Shown here: positions 37,804 to 48,980 of the stretch, one piece after another
How the letters are laid out: each line of letters opens with the position of its first letter
How positions within the stretch are numbered: position 1 is the stretch's first letter
DNA from: Squalus acanthias
Lineage: Eukaryota
Assembly: GCA_030390025.1 (NCBI GenBank)
Contig: CM059432.1
Span: forward strand, 149,856,001-149,920,000
DNA length: 64,000 nt
Direction: 5' to 3'
The notes under the pieces: generated by a model
What the model saw: the letters and a program-made list of their open reading frames with translations, nothing else
The model's database searches: none
What the model was told of the DNA's origin: nothing
Program-made: the position numbers and the translations under genes

Positions 37804-38259
37804 TTAAACACCTCTAGAAAGCTGAAAACACTTCCATAAACGTACACAGAGCCAATAGAAATTAATCAGCAACTGACCTGAGAGTGGTTGATGATCCCTT
37901 TAAATATCGCTGGTGGGGGGTCCTTGCAGCTGCTGAACACATGTTCATCTGTGCGAGGTTAACACAGGGTGTTAGTTCCAGCGTTGAGGACGAAAATGGC
38001 AGCGCTGATTGACGTCACGATCTGCCTACTCTATATACTTCTGGTGCACGTTCCCAGCACCGATGCTACCGCCCTCACCAGGATGTTGTCCGGCGTGGCC
38101 CGCACCAGAATTGTGCACAAGTAGCTCGGACGGCATTTTTGACCCAAAATGGTATCCTTAGCACCCCAACAACAGGCGCTACGCAATCGAATTTCTTGGC
38201 CCCGGTTCTTAACTAAATGATAACGGGATGTAGTTTATAAACACAACACATTTTAATTT

Positions 38260-38808
38260 AGACGACATTCAGGCTTGGGCTGATAAGTGGCAAGTAACAT
38301 TCATGCCACATGTCTCATGCAATGACCATCTCCAACAAGCGAGAGTCTAACCACTGCTCCTTGACATTCAACGGCATTACCATCACCGAATCCCCCACTA
38401 TCAACATCCTGGGGGTCGCTATTGACCAGAAACTTAACTGGACCAGCCACATAAATACTGTGGCAACAAGAGCAGGTCAGAGACTGGGTATTCTGCGGTG
38501 AGTGACGTGAGTCATTCCCCACTGACTCCCCTCATCTTGACTCCCCAAAGCCTTTCCACCATCTACAAGGCACAAGTCAGGAGTGTGATGGAATACTCTC
38601 CACTTGCCTGAATGAGCGCAGCTCCAACAACACTCAAAAAGCTCGACACCATCCAGGACAAAGCAGCCCACTTGATTGGCACCCCATCCAGCACCTTAAA
38701 CATTCACTCCCTCCACCACCGGTGTACCGTGGCTGCAGTGTGTACCATCTACAAGATGCACTGCAGCAACTCGCCAAGGCTTCTTCGGCAGCACCTCCCA
38801 AACCCGCC
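38260..38808 (+). mobile_element. Fragment of the same LINE family as 15078-16315
   Basis: ESPTINILGVAIDQKLNWTSHINTVATRAGQRLGIL near-identical to 15484-16011. Confidence 0.9.
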
Positions 38809-39667
38809 TAATTGGTAAGGCCTGTGATTTTCTAATATGCCTGGTCTTTGAGCGAGACAACCCGCCTTTCTAATATTGGTCCTAAATTTACCTTAGACTC
38901 ATTTGAGCCTGGTCCCTTTGCCCTGCTCTTGCAATTTAAAGTAATTATCCAGATTTCCCCTTTCTATACTATTTTCTAACTTATATACCTCTATAACAGT
39001 GTTGTCCAATACATTAGCCACTAACCACATGCGGTTAATTAAGAATCCCAATGTGATTATTTGTATTTCTGATTAGTAAATACAAACTGAGTAATAGACA
39101 CCGTCGTTGGGTATGTGATCTCAATGCTCATATTCACATGGTCTATGCTTGAGGACTTTAACTTCTCTGCGCAATTGTTGGTAAAATTTTTAGACAGAAA
39201 CCAGAGTGTGCGAGTGTTTTTTGACCATTGTGAATGTTGGAGATATTTGTGGAGTGAATATACATTTATCTGTATTGTGTGAGTGTATTTAAGGTGTTTT
39301 CTACTAAAATTAGTGGCTGTTGCCATACCTGTGGATAGTCAGCAATTTATATTGGTCAACGCTGATCTATAAGATCCTCAAAAGAATTAATTCTCTCAAA
39401 CTGAACATTTCTGCAGTAATTTGCATTGTGCACTCCGTCTGTGGAGTCTTTAGGATTCTTTTAGCAAACATCTCTCGTCATTGATACTTAACAAGCAAAA
39501 TTTGCTCAGTTGCACAGACAAATGTCAAGGTTTTCCAATGCTGTTTCTGCGACAACAGAAATAAATACACTGCAAGTAAATTGCTTTTGAGTTTGAAGAT
39601 TTACTGAGATTTGACTATTGCGCCCTGTTGACTGGAGAAAGAATCCATCTTTCCGACGAATTAGTGA

Positions 39668-39910
39668 TTCACTCAGAGGGTGGTGAACCTGTGGAATTCT
39701 CTACCACAGAAGGCTGTGGAGGCCAAGTCACTGAATATATTTAAGAAGGAGATAGATAGATTTCTAGACACAAAAGGCATCAAGGGGTATGGGGAGAGAG
39801 CAGGAATATGGTATTGAGATAGAGGATCAGCCATGATCATATTGAATGGCGGAGCAGGCTCGAAGGGCCGAATGGCCGACTCCTGCTCCTATTTTTCGAT
39901 GTTTCTATGA
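39668..39910 (+). mobile_element. CR1 3' end
   Basis: FTQRVVNLWNSLPQK-coding sequence plus the 3' UTR. Confidence 0.9.
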
Positions 39911-40384
39911 AACAGCTAGGAGGATCAGCTCAACTCCATTTTTTTCCATCATAATGAATTCTGACCCCAACCTATTTTGTCGATTTCAGGCCACATTCCG
40001 AGCAATTACAAGCTTTGGTGACCAATCAGCATGATGATATTTTCCATTTGACTTAAGGCAGACATTTCTCAGAACTAAAACCCAAGATGCTTCAAGTCCA
40101 ATTTCACAAGACCTTTCCAGCAACATTTGATGAGGTAAAGAGACCACTTTCTGAGCATGTGCTGGTGAGGGGCAGCCTTGCCTCCTGGTGGCACCTATTG
40201 GGAAATCACGGAAAATACACCGTGCTTTTCCGTTATGTGTTGTCAGTGGGCGAGCTTCCTCGATGCTGTCTCGTACTTGGAAACATACACACCCCAAGTA
40301 TCAGCTTGGCTCATTTTGAAGCACTCTTACCACGGCATCAGTAGTTTATATGTTCAAGCCCTAATCCAGGACTTTGAGCACATA

Positions 40385-41213
40385 GGGCGCGATCCTGCCA
40401 GCCCTGGGGAGGCGGGTTTGGAGGCGGGACTGCTGGGAAAATGGCAGAATCTGGGGGCGGGTACCCATCCCGCCCTCAACCCGCCTCCGTGCCATCTTCC
40501 CAGGAGGCGAGTAGCAGACCCGCGCCGGGTCCCGTCTCCTTGAAGGCAGGAAGGGGATTATAGTGCCATTTATCTACCTGTTAACAGGTAGTTAACAGGC
40601 AGATAAGAGGATTATCCCCATTTTACCCACACAAATGCGGGCTTCCCGAAGGCTGCGAACCCCGCCAGGGTCAGCGAGGCGAGCAGTGGGTCTGCGGGGG
40701 TCAGAGGGGTGCAAAAGTGCGCTGTGGAGGTAAGTGATGGGCGCAAGTGTGGAGAGGTGAGTATGTGAGGTAAGTGGAAAGTGTTAGAAAAAGTTTAGTT
40801 ACCTTTGTTTCTTCCTGCAGGCTTCAAGAGTTGGCGATGCGGAGACTCTCGCAACTTACCGGCAGAGATGACAGGTGGCCGCTGCATTCTCCAATGCAAC
40901 AACCATCTAATTTCTGCTAAAGAAAGAGATTTGATGAGGTCTTGAATTCAAGAGCTCATCAAACTACAGAGAATGTCAGTGTTTGACAGCTTCACAGAGC
41001 TGTCAAATGATGACAATTCATCTGAAGCGTCATACGCTGACATTCTCTGTAACCGGCTTTCCCTTAATTGGCCGGCTAAGTCTGCTGGGCGGGCTTAACA
41101 AGGTCAATCAAGGGGAAATAGCGTGGGTTGGCTAGACGTCGATGGAGGCGGGACTGAAACCTGACAAGTGGGAGTCCCGCCTCCAAAAGCTCCCCATTGA
41201 GAAAATCCAGCCC
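40385..41213. mobile_element. Harbinger non-autonomous element inserted in a decayed DeuSINE (~40330-41475)
   Basis: Ends gggcgcgatcct / aaaatccagccc; TSD ATA (40382-40384, 41214-41216); the host reads ttgagcacata|atctagg across the insert. Confidence 0.8.
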
Positions 41214-41839
41214 ATAATCTAGGCAGCACTGAAGGAGTGCTGAGGTGTTATGTCCAATAAAACACTAAATTCTCCTAGTATCCCAGCTGACACACTTCCC
41301 TTAACTAACACCACCAAAAGCAGATTAACTGGTCATTTATCTCATTATTGTTTATGAGATCTTGCTGCGAGCAATTTACCTGCTGTGTTTACCATATGTA
41401 AGAACAGAGCTTCAAAGTAATTAATTAATGGTGAAACACCTTTGGTAAGGTGCTATATAACTGCAAGATCTTTCTGGCTTAATGAGAATATGAGTGGGAT
41501 AATTTTCCACAGCAAGTGAACCGGTTTACATTAATTGAAAAGTCCATTCAGCGTCGTGAAGTCATTTACTAATAATAATTGAGACATGCTTCCTTTGAAC
41601 TTTTGCAACTGCTAGTTTACATTAAAAAAAAACCTCCACATCACAGCTGGAGAAAGTACATACTGACCTCTACGCTACCAAGAGTTGAAGACTGATAGCC
41701 AATCAATGTTCCAGGACTACTCGGGAATAATGAGCAACAGACCAGCAGGGATCAAACCCCACACACTCATTGCACCACCAAGGAAAATGAGTTTACATTC
41801 CATCACTGGAATACCAAGAATTGCCCCCTCCCGAATACA

Positions 41840-43720
41840 TACAACAACATAAACATGCATTTATGTAATGCTTTTATCACAAAAAAGATCCATGGTGTTT
41901 TACAGAGAAAGAATAAGAGGAGAAGTGACTGAAAGCTAGCTGAAAAAGATGTTTTTTGAGAAGGTTTTCGAGGCGAGGTGGAGGTGGAGGTGGAGGGGGT
42001 TGGGGAGGGTTCCAGAGTGTAGGACTGGGGTAACTGAAGGCTCTGACACTAGTAGCTGTACAAGGCTGCAGAGCTAAGGAGCAATGAGGCCGTGGAGTTA
42101 TTTGAAGATGAGGACAAGGATTTTAAATTGGATGATTTCACGGACCGGGAGCCAGTGTAGATCATCTCGATTGGGGGTGATGGATGAGTTAGATGTAGAT
42201 GGGGCGGGACATGAACTGCCATGTTTTAGACAAGTTGGAGTTTATGGAGGGTGGAAGGCCAGCAAGGAGAGAACCAAAGCCTGGAGGTGATAAAAACGTG
42301 GATAGGTGTTTCAGTGGCAAAGGGGCTGAGGTCGGGGCAGAGATGGGCAGTGTGGCAGAGTTGAATGTAAGGAAATTCGTGGTGGACAGGATGTGGCATT
42401 TGAACCTGAGCTCAGGGTTGAGCACAATGCAGTGACTGCAAGGCTGTTTCCCAGTGGGGTTCCGCAGGGCTCAGTACTGGGTCCTTTGCTGTTTGTGGTA
42501 TATATCAATGATTTGGACTTGAATGTAGGAAGTATGATTAAGAAGTTTGCAGATGATACAAAAATGGGCCGTGTGGTTGATACTGAAGAAGAAAGCTGTA
42601 GACTGCAGGAAGATATCAATGGACTGGTCAGGTGGGCAGAACAGTGGCAAATGGAATTCAATCTGGAGAAGTGTGAGGTAATACATTTGGGGAGGGCTAA
42701 CAAGGCAAGGGAATACACTATAAATGGTAGGACACTGAGAAGTGCAGAAGATCAGAGGGACCTTGGAGTGCATGTCCACAGATCCCTGTAGGTAGCAGGA
42801 CAGGTAGATAAGGTGGTTAAGAAGGCATATGGGATACTTGCCTTTATTAGCCGAGGCATAGAATATAAGAGCAGGGAGGTTATGCTTGAACTGTATAAAA
42901 CTCTAGTTAGGCCGCAGCTAGAATACTGCGTGCAGTTCTGGTCATCACATTACAGGAAGGATGTGATTGCACTCGAGGGGGTGCAGAGGAGATTTATGAG
43001 GATGTTGTCTGGGCTGGGGAATTTTAGCTATGAGGAAAGATTGGATAGGCTGGGGTTGTTTTCTTTGGAACAGAGGAGGCTGAGGGGAGACCTAATTGAG
43101 GTGTATAAAATTATGAGGGGCCTAGATAGAGTGGATAGGAAGGACCTATTTCCCTTAGCAGAAGGGTCAATAACCAGGGGGCATAGATTTAAAGTAATTG
43201 GTCGGAGGTTGAGAGAATTTGAGGAGAATTTTTTTCACCCAGAGGGTGGTGGGGGTCTGGAACTCACTGCCTGAAAGGGTGGTAGAGGCAGAGTACTTGG
43301 ATATGCACTTGAAGTGCCGTAACCTACAAGGATACGGACCAAGTGCTGGAAAGTGGGATTAGGGTGGATAGCTCTTTGTCGGCCGGCACGGACAAGATGG
43401 GCCCAATGACCTCATTCTGTGCTGTAAATTTCTATTCTTCTATGAATGCTGAGGTTGTGTATGGTTATGTTCAGACTGAGCAAGTAGCCAGGGAGGAGGT
43501 GGAGTCAATAGGAAGGGAGTCGATTTTATGGTGAACACCGATAACAATGGTTTCGGTTTTTCTTATATTCAGCTGAAGGAGGTTGTAACACACCCACAGA
43601 TTGACGTTAGACGGGCAATATGGCAGTACAGAGCCAGTCGCAGGATTGAGAGATGTCAGAGAGGTAGAGCTGTGTGTTGTCTGTGTACATATGACCCTGT
43701 GCCTGTCGATGATGACACAT
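41840..43720 (-). mobile_element. Old L2 fragment split by a CR1
   Basis: Similar to 5893-6400 (atttgaagatgaggacaaggattttaaa..ggagccagtgtag); continues after 43449. Confidence 0.7.
42431..43444 (+). mobile_element. 5'-truncated CR1
   Basis: ORFs 42393-42791 and 42813-43274 ([15 protein letters not shown]); TSD AATGC at 42426-42430 and 43445-43449. Confidence 0.93.
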
Positions 43721-43815
43721 GTGATAATCAGTATGTTTCCAGCCCAACAAGGAAGAAAGCAGTGTTGATCTGGTTCTAGAGAATGAAGTGGGAAACAGTG
43801 ATCACAATATCATTA

Positions 43816-44020
43816 TGCGGAGATGAGGTGTGACGAAAGGTAGTCAGAAGGATTAAATGTAGTCGTCTGACATTGTACGCTACACATGCATTGTTCTCTG
43901 TCTATATATGCTTTGCCGATTCGTATTCCTTCACTTCACCTGACGAAGGAGCAGCAGCTCCGAAAGCTTGTGATTTCAAATAAAACTGTTCGACTATAAC
44001 CTGGTGTTGTGCGACTTCTC
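43816..44020 (+). mobile_element. Short PLE family A 3' terminal insertion inside a CR1 endonuclease remnant
   Basis: Homologous to the reverse complement of 17965-18160; direct repeat TCACAATATCATTA at 43802-43815 and 44019-44032. Confidence 0.9.
43936..43973 (+). ncRNA. Minimal hammerhead ribozyme (PLE family A)
   Basis: ucac CUGACGA a ggagc-agca-gcucc GAAA gCUU guga; perfect 4-bp stem I, palindromic AAGCUU stem III. Confidence 0.8.
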
Positions 44021-44419
44021 ACAATATCATTAGGTTTAGAGTCGTTATGGAAAAGGACAGGTGCAATCAAACATGAAAATATTCATGGGGAAAGGGCAGG
44101 GGAGTGGGACTAATTGGAGAGCTCTGTCAAAGAGCTGGCACAAGCACAGTGGACCGAATGGCCGCCTTCTGTGCTGTATCATTCTATGATTCTAGGAGAT
44201 ACACACGTACACATACTTGCACACACACACACACACGCAAGAACACACACATGTACTCGCACACACGCACATGTGCACACGTACGCTCAAATGAGTTTGC
44301 ACTCCAACACTACACCATGAAGCATTAGTGTCCATGGCTCAATACTCACTACATCACCAGAGACAATACACATATTTTGTAATAGTGAAAGAGTTTAACT
44401 CTAGTTTATCCTGGATGAT

Positions 44420-44870
44420 TAGGTCACAGATTGTGGCTCAGTGGGTAGCACACTCGCCTTTGAGTCAGGGACTTGAGCACATAAAGCTAGGCTGACACTC
44501 CAGTGCAGTGCTGAGGGAGTGCTGCACTGTCGGAGGAGCCGTCTTTCGGATGAGGCGTTAAACCGAGGCCCCGTCTGCTCTCTCAGGTGGATGTAAAAGA
44601 TCCCATGGCCACTATTTCGAAGAAGAGCAGGGGAGTTACCCCCGGTGTCCTGGGGCCAATATTTATCCCTCAACCAACATCACAAAAACAGATTATCTGG
44701 TCATTTTCACATTGCTGTTTGTGGGAGCTTGCTGTGCACAAATTGGCTGCCGCGATTCCCACATTACAACAGTGACCACACTTCAAAAGTACTTCATTGG
44801 CTGTAAAGCACTTTGAGACGTCCGGTGGTTGTGAAAGGCGCTATAGAAATGCAAGTCTTCTTCTTCTTCA
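44420..44870 (+). mobile_element. DeuSINE (SacSINE1-like)
   Basis: A-box gtggctcagtggg, Deu core, L2-like tail ending (ttc)n; single copy of the unit that is expanded at 23543. Confidence 0.9.
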
Positions 44871-45718
44871 GATTCCAGCTGATGACCACCGCTTGCTATG
44901 ATGATAGGTAGCTGATGAGAGGGCACGCAGGGAGATGCTGTATCCTGTGCATTTCTATTGCTATTATTTAAAGGGACAGGCAAAACCAAAACCTAAATCA
45001 CCTGAACTGGGAAAATGGGATTTTAATTTGGGTTTGGCTCACTTCCTTTGGAACACACATCCGTCTTGTTTCAGTCTGTTTGACATTTTCTTACAACTAC
45101 GTAAACTTCCTCAGAGATATTGCCGCTCAGAGTTATTAATTCTGCCAAAGTTTAAACTCATTCAGGGTCAAAAATCGCATGCTGAAAATAAAAAGCACAC
45201 ATTTCCTAATACAATGAATGAAACAGCAAACCAAATGAACATCGGTAGCTGTGTAATCCCTGGCCTCTGGAAAATAACTTCAGTCATTGAAGTGACAGGC
45301 GTTGTTTCAAATGGGAGAGAAGCACAAAATCGAGGACCACATAGAAGTAATTGAGTGAAAATTGGCTGGAAATGTCACTTGCACCGCCAGTACATCATTT
45401 ATATAATCTGCGGCATTGGTGTGTTTATGGAAGGTGGGAGCTGTGTCGCCAGTTGCTGACATTTTAACATTAACCCTAGTGTTACCTTCAGATCATGGAT
45501 GCCTCTCATATTAATGCACTAAAAGCCTAAAGGAACGCAAATATTTATCTACATAACAAAACTAAAGTACAAGTAGATTATTTTAACCACTAAAGGATGA
45601 CCATGAACGCTGTCAGATTGTTGTTAAAAACCCAACTGTTTCACTAATGTCCTTCAGGGAAAGGAACCTGCCGCCCCTACCCAGTCTGGAGCAACACATG
45701 ACTCCAGTCCCACGCTAT

Positions 45719-46589
45719 GGCCGCGATTTTCTCAGCGGTGGCGGGTTGGGTGCGGGTCAGCTGGTTTCTGGGTTCCAGCCCCACCTCCAGCTGCCTCCGC
45801 TCCACAGACGTGATTTTCCCTTGATTCGCCTTGTTAAGCCCCGCCCTGCAGGCTTACCGGCCAATTAACAGAAAGCGGGTCTGATGACGTCATTTGATGC
45901 CACGTCATCTGCCGGTTTCCTGAAAGGGACCACGCACAATTTTATTTTGACAGTTGATTTCTCGGTGTTTGACAGCATTGAGGTGCTGAAAACACTGACA
46001 ATCACTGTACAAAGGTGAACTCTTGCACCCAGGCTCTCCAATTACTCCCTCTACATGCTGGAATAGATGGCAGCTGCAGGTGAGGTGACAGAGCGATCTG
46101 TCACTGGTGAGAGAGGTTCTCCCAATGAGGTGGCACTGGACATATAGTTGGATTTAAAAACTTGTTTGTTAAAGAAATCTCTATATGTATTAAAAATGCA
46201 GTAACCAACATTTTCTTTGCTCTGAAACTCACCATGTGCAACATTGGATCCTTCACACCACTTCTGCAGCTGTCATCTTTTCACAAACATTACACCAGAC
46301 TCTCAACACGCCACACTTACCTGGCGTGGTGTCCGGATGTTGGGAAACCCGACCCAGAAGCGTGAAAATCCAAAATCAGGCTGTAAACTACTGACAAGTA
46401 CCTGTTAATAGGCAGGTAATTGCCTTTAATCCGTTTCCCGCCTCTAGGTGTCGGGTCCATTTGCAAATCGGGGATCTGACACTTGGGAAAGCTGTTTGGA
46501 GGCGGTTGACGGTGGGTTCGGGACCCGCCGTCAATCAATAGCACTTTAACCTCTGACCCGCCTCTCTGAGCACCGACAAAATCGTGGCC
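45719..46589. mobile_element. Harbinger non-autonomous element inserted in a tRNA-SINE (~45590-46650)
   Basis: TIRs ggccgcgatttt / aaaatcgtggcc; TSD TAT (45716-45718, 46590-46592). Confidence 0.83.
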
Positions 46590-46744
46590 TATGTGGGTAA
46601 CTAGAGATGGGCAATAAATACTGTGTCAGCCACATCGCCAGAACAAAATACATTTAAAAGTTCAATGTCCTTAAGTAAGTGTGTCGGTGTGATAGCAATT
46701 ACTGTGATAATACGAAGCTAACACTTGCCATAGCTCAATCTATT

Positions 46745-47165
46745 AAAGAAAGATTGCATTTATATAAACATTTCATGTTGGTTGTAATGTGCTCGGGCAG
46801 ACCCTGGGAATAAAACAGAAGACATTACAATTGGTTGTAAAATGTAGTCTCTGCTGTTTTGTAGGGAAACGCAGCAGCCAATTTGTGCGCAGTGAAGTGC
46901 CGCAAACAGCAACAAGACGAATGGCCAGTTAATCTGGTTTTTTTTTGTGATCAACAGTTAGCCAGGACACTGGGAGAGCTGCTTCAAATAGTGCCATGGG
47001 ATCTTTTATATCTAACTAAGCAGGCAGAAGGGGCTTCAGTTTAATGCCTCATCTGAAAAAACAGCACTACTGACAGTGCAGCACTGAAGTATCAGCCTAG
47101 ATTACACAGACACGGCCTGGAGTGATGCTTGAACTCACGATCTTCTGACTCAGAGATGAAAGTGT
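46745..47165 (-). mobile_element. Decayed DeuSINE
   Basis: gcagcagccaatttgtgcgc and atagtgccatgggatctttt are reverse complements of the Deu core and tail. Confidence 0.75.
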
Positions 47166-48980
47166 CACGACTAAACCAAGCTGACATCAGCTGCTAGCCA
47201 ATAAAAGTTTTTACTACTTTCTGAACCTTCGAGATGCCTCTTTCTGTTCCAGTCAGTGTTTACTAACTCACTCATGGAGCCCTGGGCACGACGGTAACTA
47301 AGTGTTGGATTTACAGTGTGTCCTGCATGACCCAGGATCAAGCAAGTAATCGCAAATCTGTCGGCAGCTACAATCAATGTGGTGTTTTTTCTGTAATGAC
47401 CACTGAGGAAATCTTCATGGGAGAAATGATTTTCACCTGTGTTTGCTCAGCGAGGGCTATTCACTACCTCAATTACCAATTTTATCTCTAATCCCTTATT
47501 TACAGAAAGGTTATGTTGGCTCCAAGAATTATTGATGGTATTGTTTATATTGGATTATATTTAAACTTCCACTGAATAATAAACAGTGCAAACTCAGTTT
47601 AATTACATTAGTTTATTACATACAAACACGCTAGGCATTTGATAATCTCTTTCCTTATTGACATGACAGCCAGAATCTGTGGCTTAAAAGTTGGTCTGCT
47701 GAGCACCAGTTTTTCAGCCGCTACTCGGACTACTCAGGCCCCAATATGGTGGGCAGGAAGCGTGCGCACATTTCCGGCTGGAAGTGTAGCGCTTGCCATA
47801 TTGGGTAAAGACAATATATATATGCGTCCTTTACCAACGCCTGAAACAATAGAGGTGCCATTACACTACTGGGTGTATTCTATAGGCCACCAAGTAGTGG
47901 AAAGGATATAGAGCAGCAAATTTGCAGGGAAATTACAGAGAGGTGCAAGAACTACAGAGTGGTGATAATGGGGGACTTCAACTATCCTAATATAGACTGG
48001 GATAGTAATAGTGTTAAGGGCAGAGAAGGGGAAGAATTTCTGAAGTGTGTTCAGGAGAACCTTCTTGATCAGTATGTTTCCGGCCCGACGAGGAAGGAGG
48101 CATTGCTGGATCTGGTTCTGGGGAATGAGGTGGGTCAAGTGGAGCAAGTGTCAGTAGGGGAACATTTAGGGAACAATGATCACAGTATTAAATGGTTTAG
48201 ATTAGTTATGGAAAATGACAGGGAGCAATCTAGAGTAAAAATACTTAATTGGAGGAAGGCAAATTTCAGCGGGTTGAGAACGGATCTGGCCCGGGTAAAT
48301 TGGAATCAAAGATTGGCAGGCAAAACTGTAATCGAACAATGGGCTGCCTTTAAAGAGGAGATGGTTCGGATACAGTCGAGGTACATTCCCACGAGGGGGA
48401 AAGGTAAGGCAACCAAAGTCAGAGCTCCCTGGATGATGAAAGAGATAGAGAGTAAGATGAAGCAGAAAAGGGGGTGTATGACAAATATCAGGTTGAGAAT
48501 ACAAGTGAGAACCAGGCTGAATACAGAAAGTTCAGAGGGGAAGTGAAAAAGAAAATAAGAGGGGCAAAGAGAGAGTATGAGAATAGTTTGGCAGCTAACA
48601 TAAAAGGTAATCCAAAAGTCTTCTATAGGCATATAAATAGTAAACAGGTAGTAAGAGGAGAGGTAGGGCCAATTAGGGACCAAAAAGGAGAACTACACAT
48701 GGAGGCAGAGGGCATGGCTGAGGTACTAAATGAGTACATTGTATCTGTCTTTACCAAGGAAGAAGATGCTGCCAAATTCAGTGAAAGAGGAGGTAATTGA
48801 GATACTGGATGGGATAAAAATTGATAAAGAGGAAGTACTAGAAAGGCTGTCTGTACTTAAAGTAGATAAGTCCTAGAATGCTAAGGGACGTAAAGGTGAA
48901 AATTATGGAGGTACTGGCCATGATTTTCCAATTCTCCTTCGATACAGGACTGGTGCCAGAGGACTGGAGAATTGCAAATA

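Larger units (their letters stand above)
28151..38203. mobile_element. Composite full-length PIF/Harbinger transposon (Myb/SANT gene on +, transposase on -), carrying nested CR1s and an HE1 SINE
   Basis: TIRs GGCCTAGAAATTGGTTTGC (28152) and GGCCAAGAAATTCGATTGC (reverse complement ending 38201) match at 16/19; two convergent genes lie inside; removing the TSD-bounded inserts leaves ~4 kb. Confidence 0.82.
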
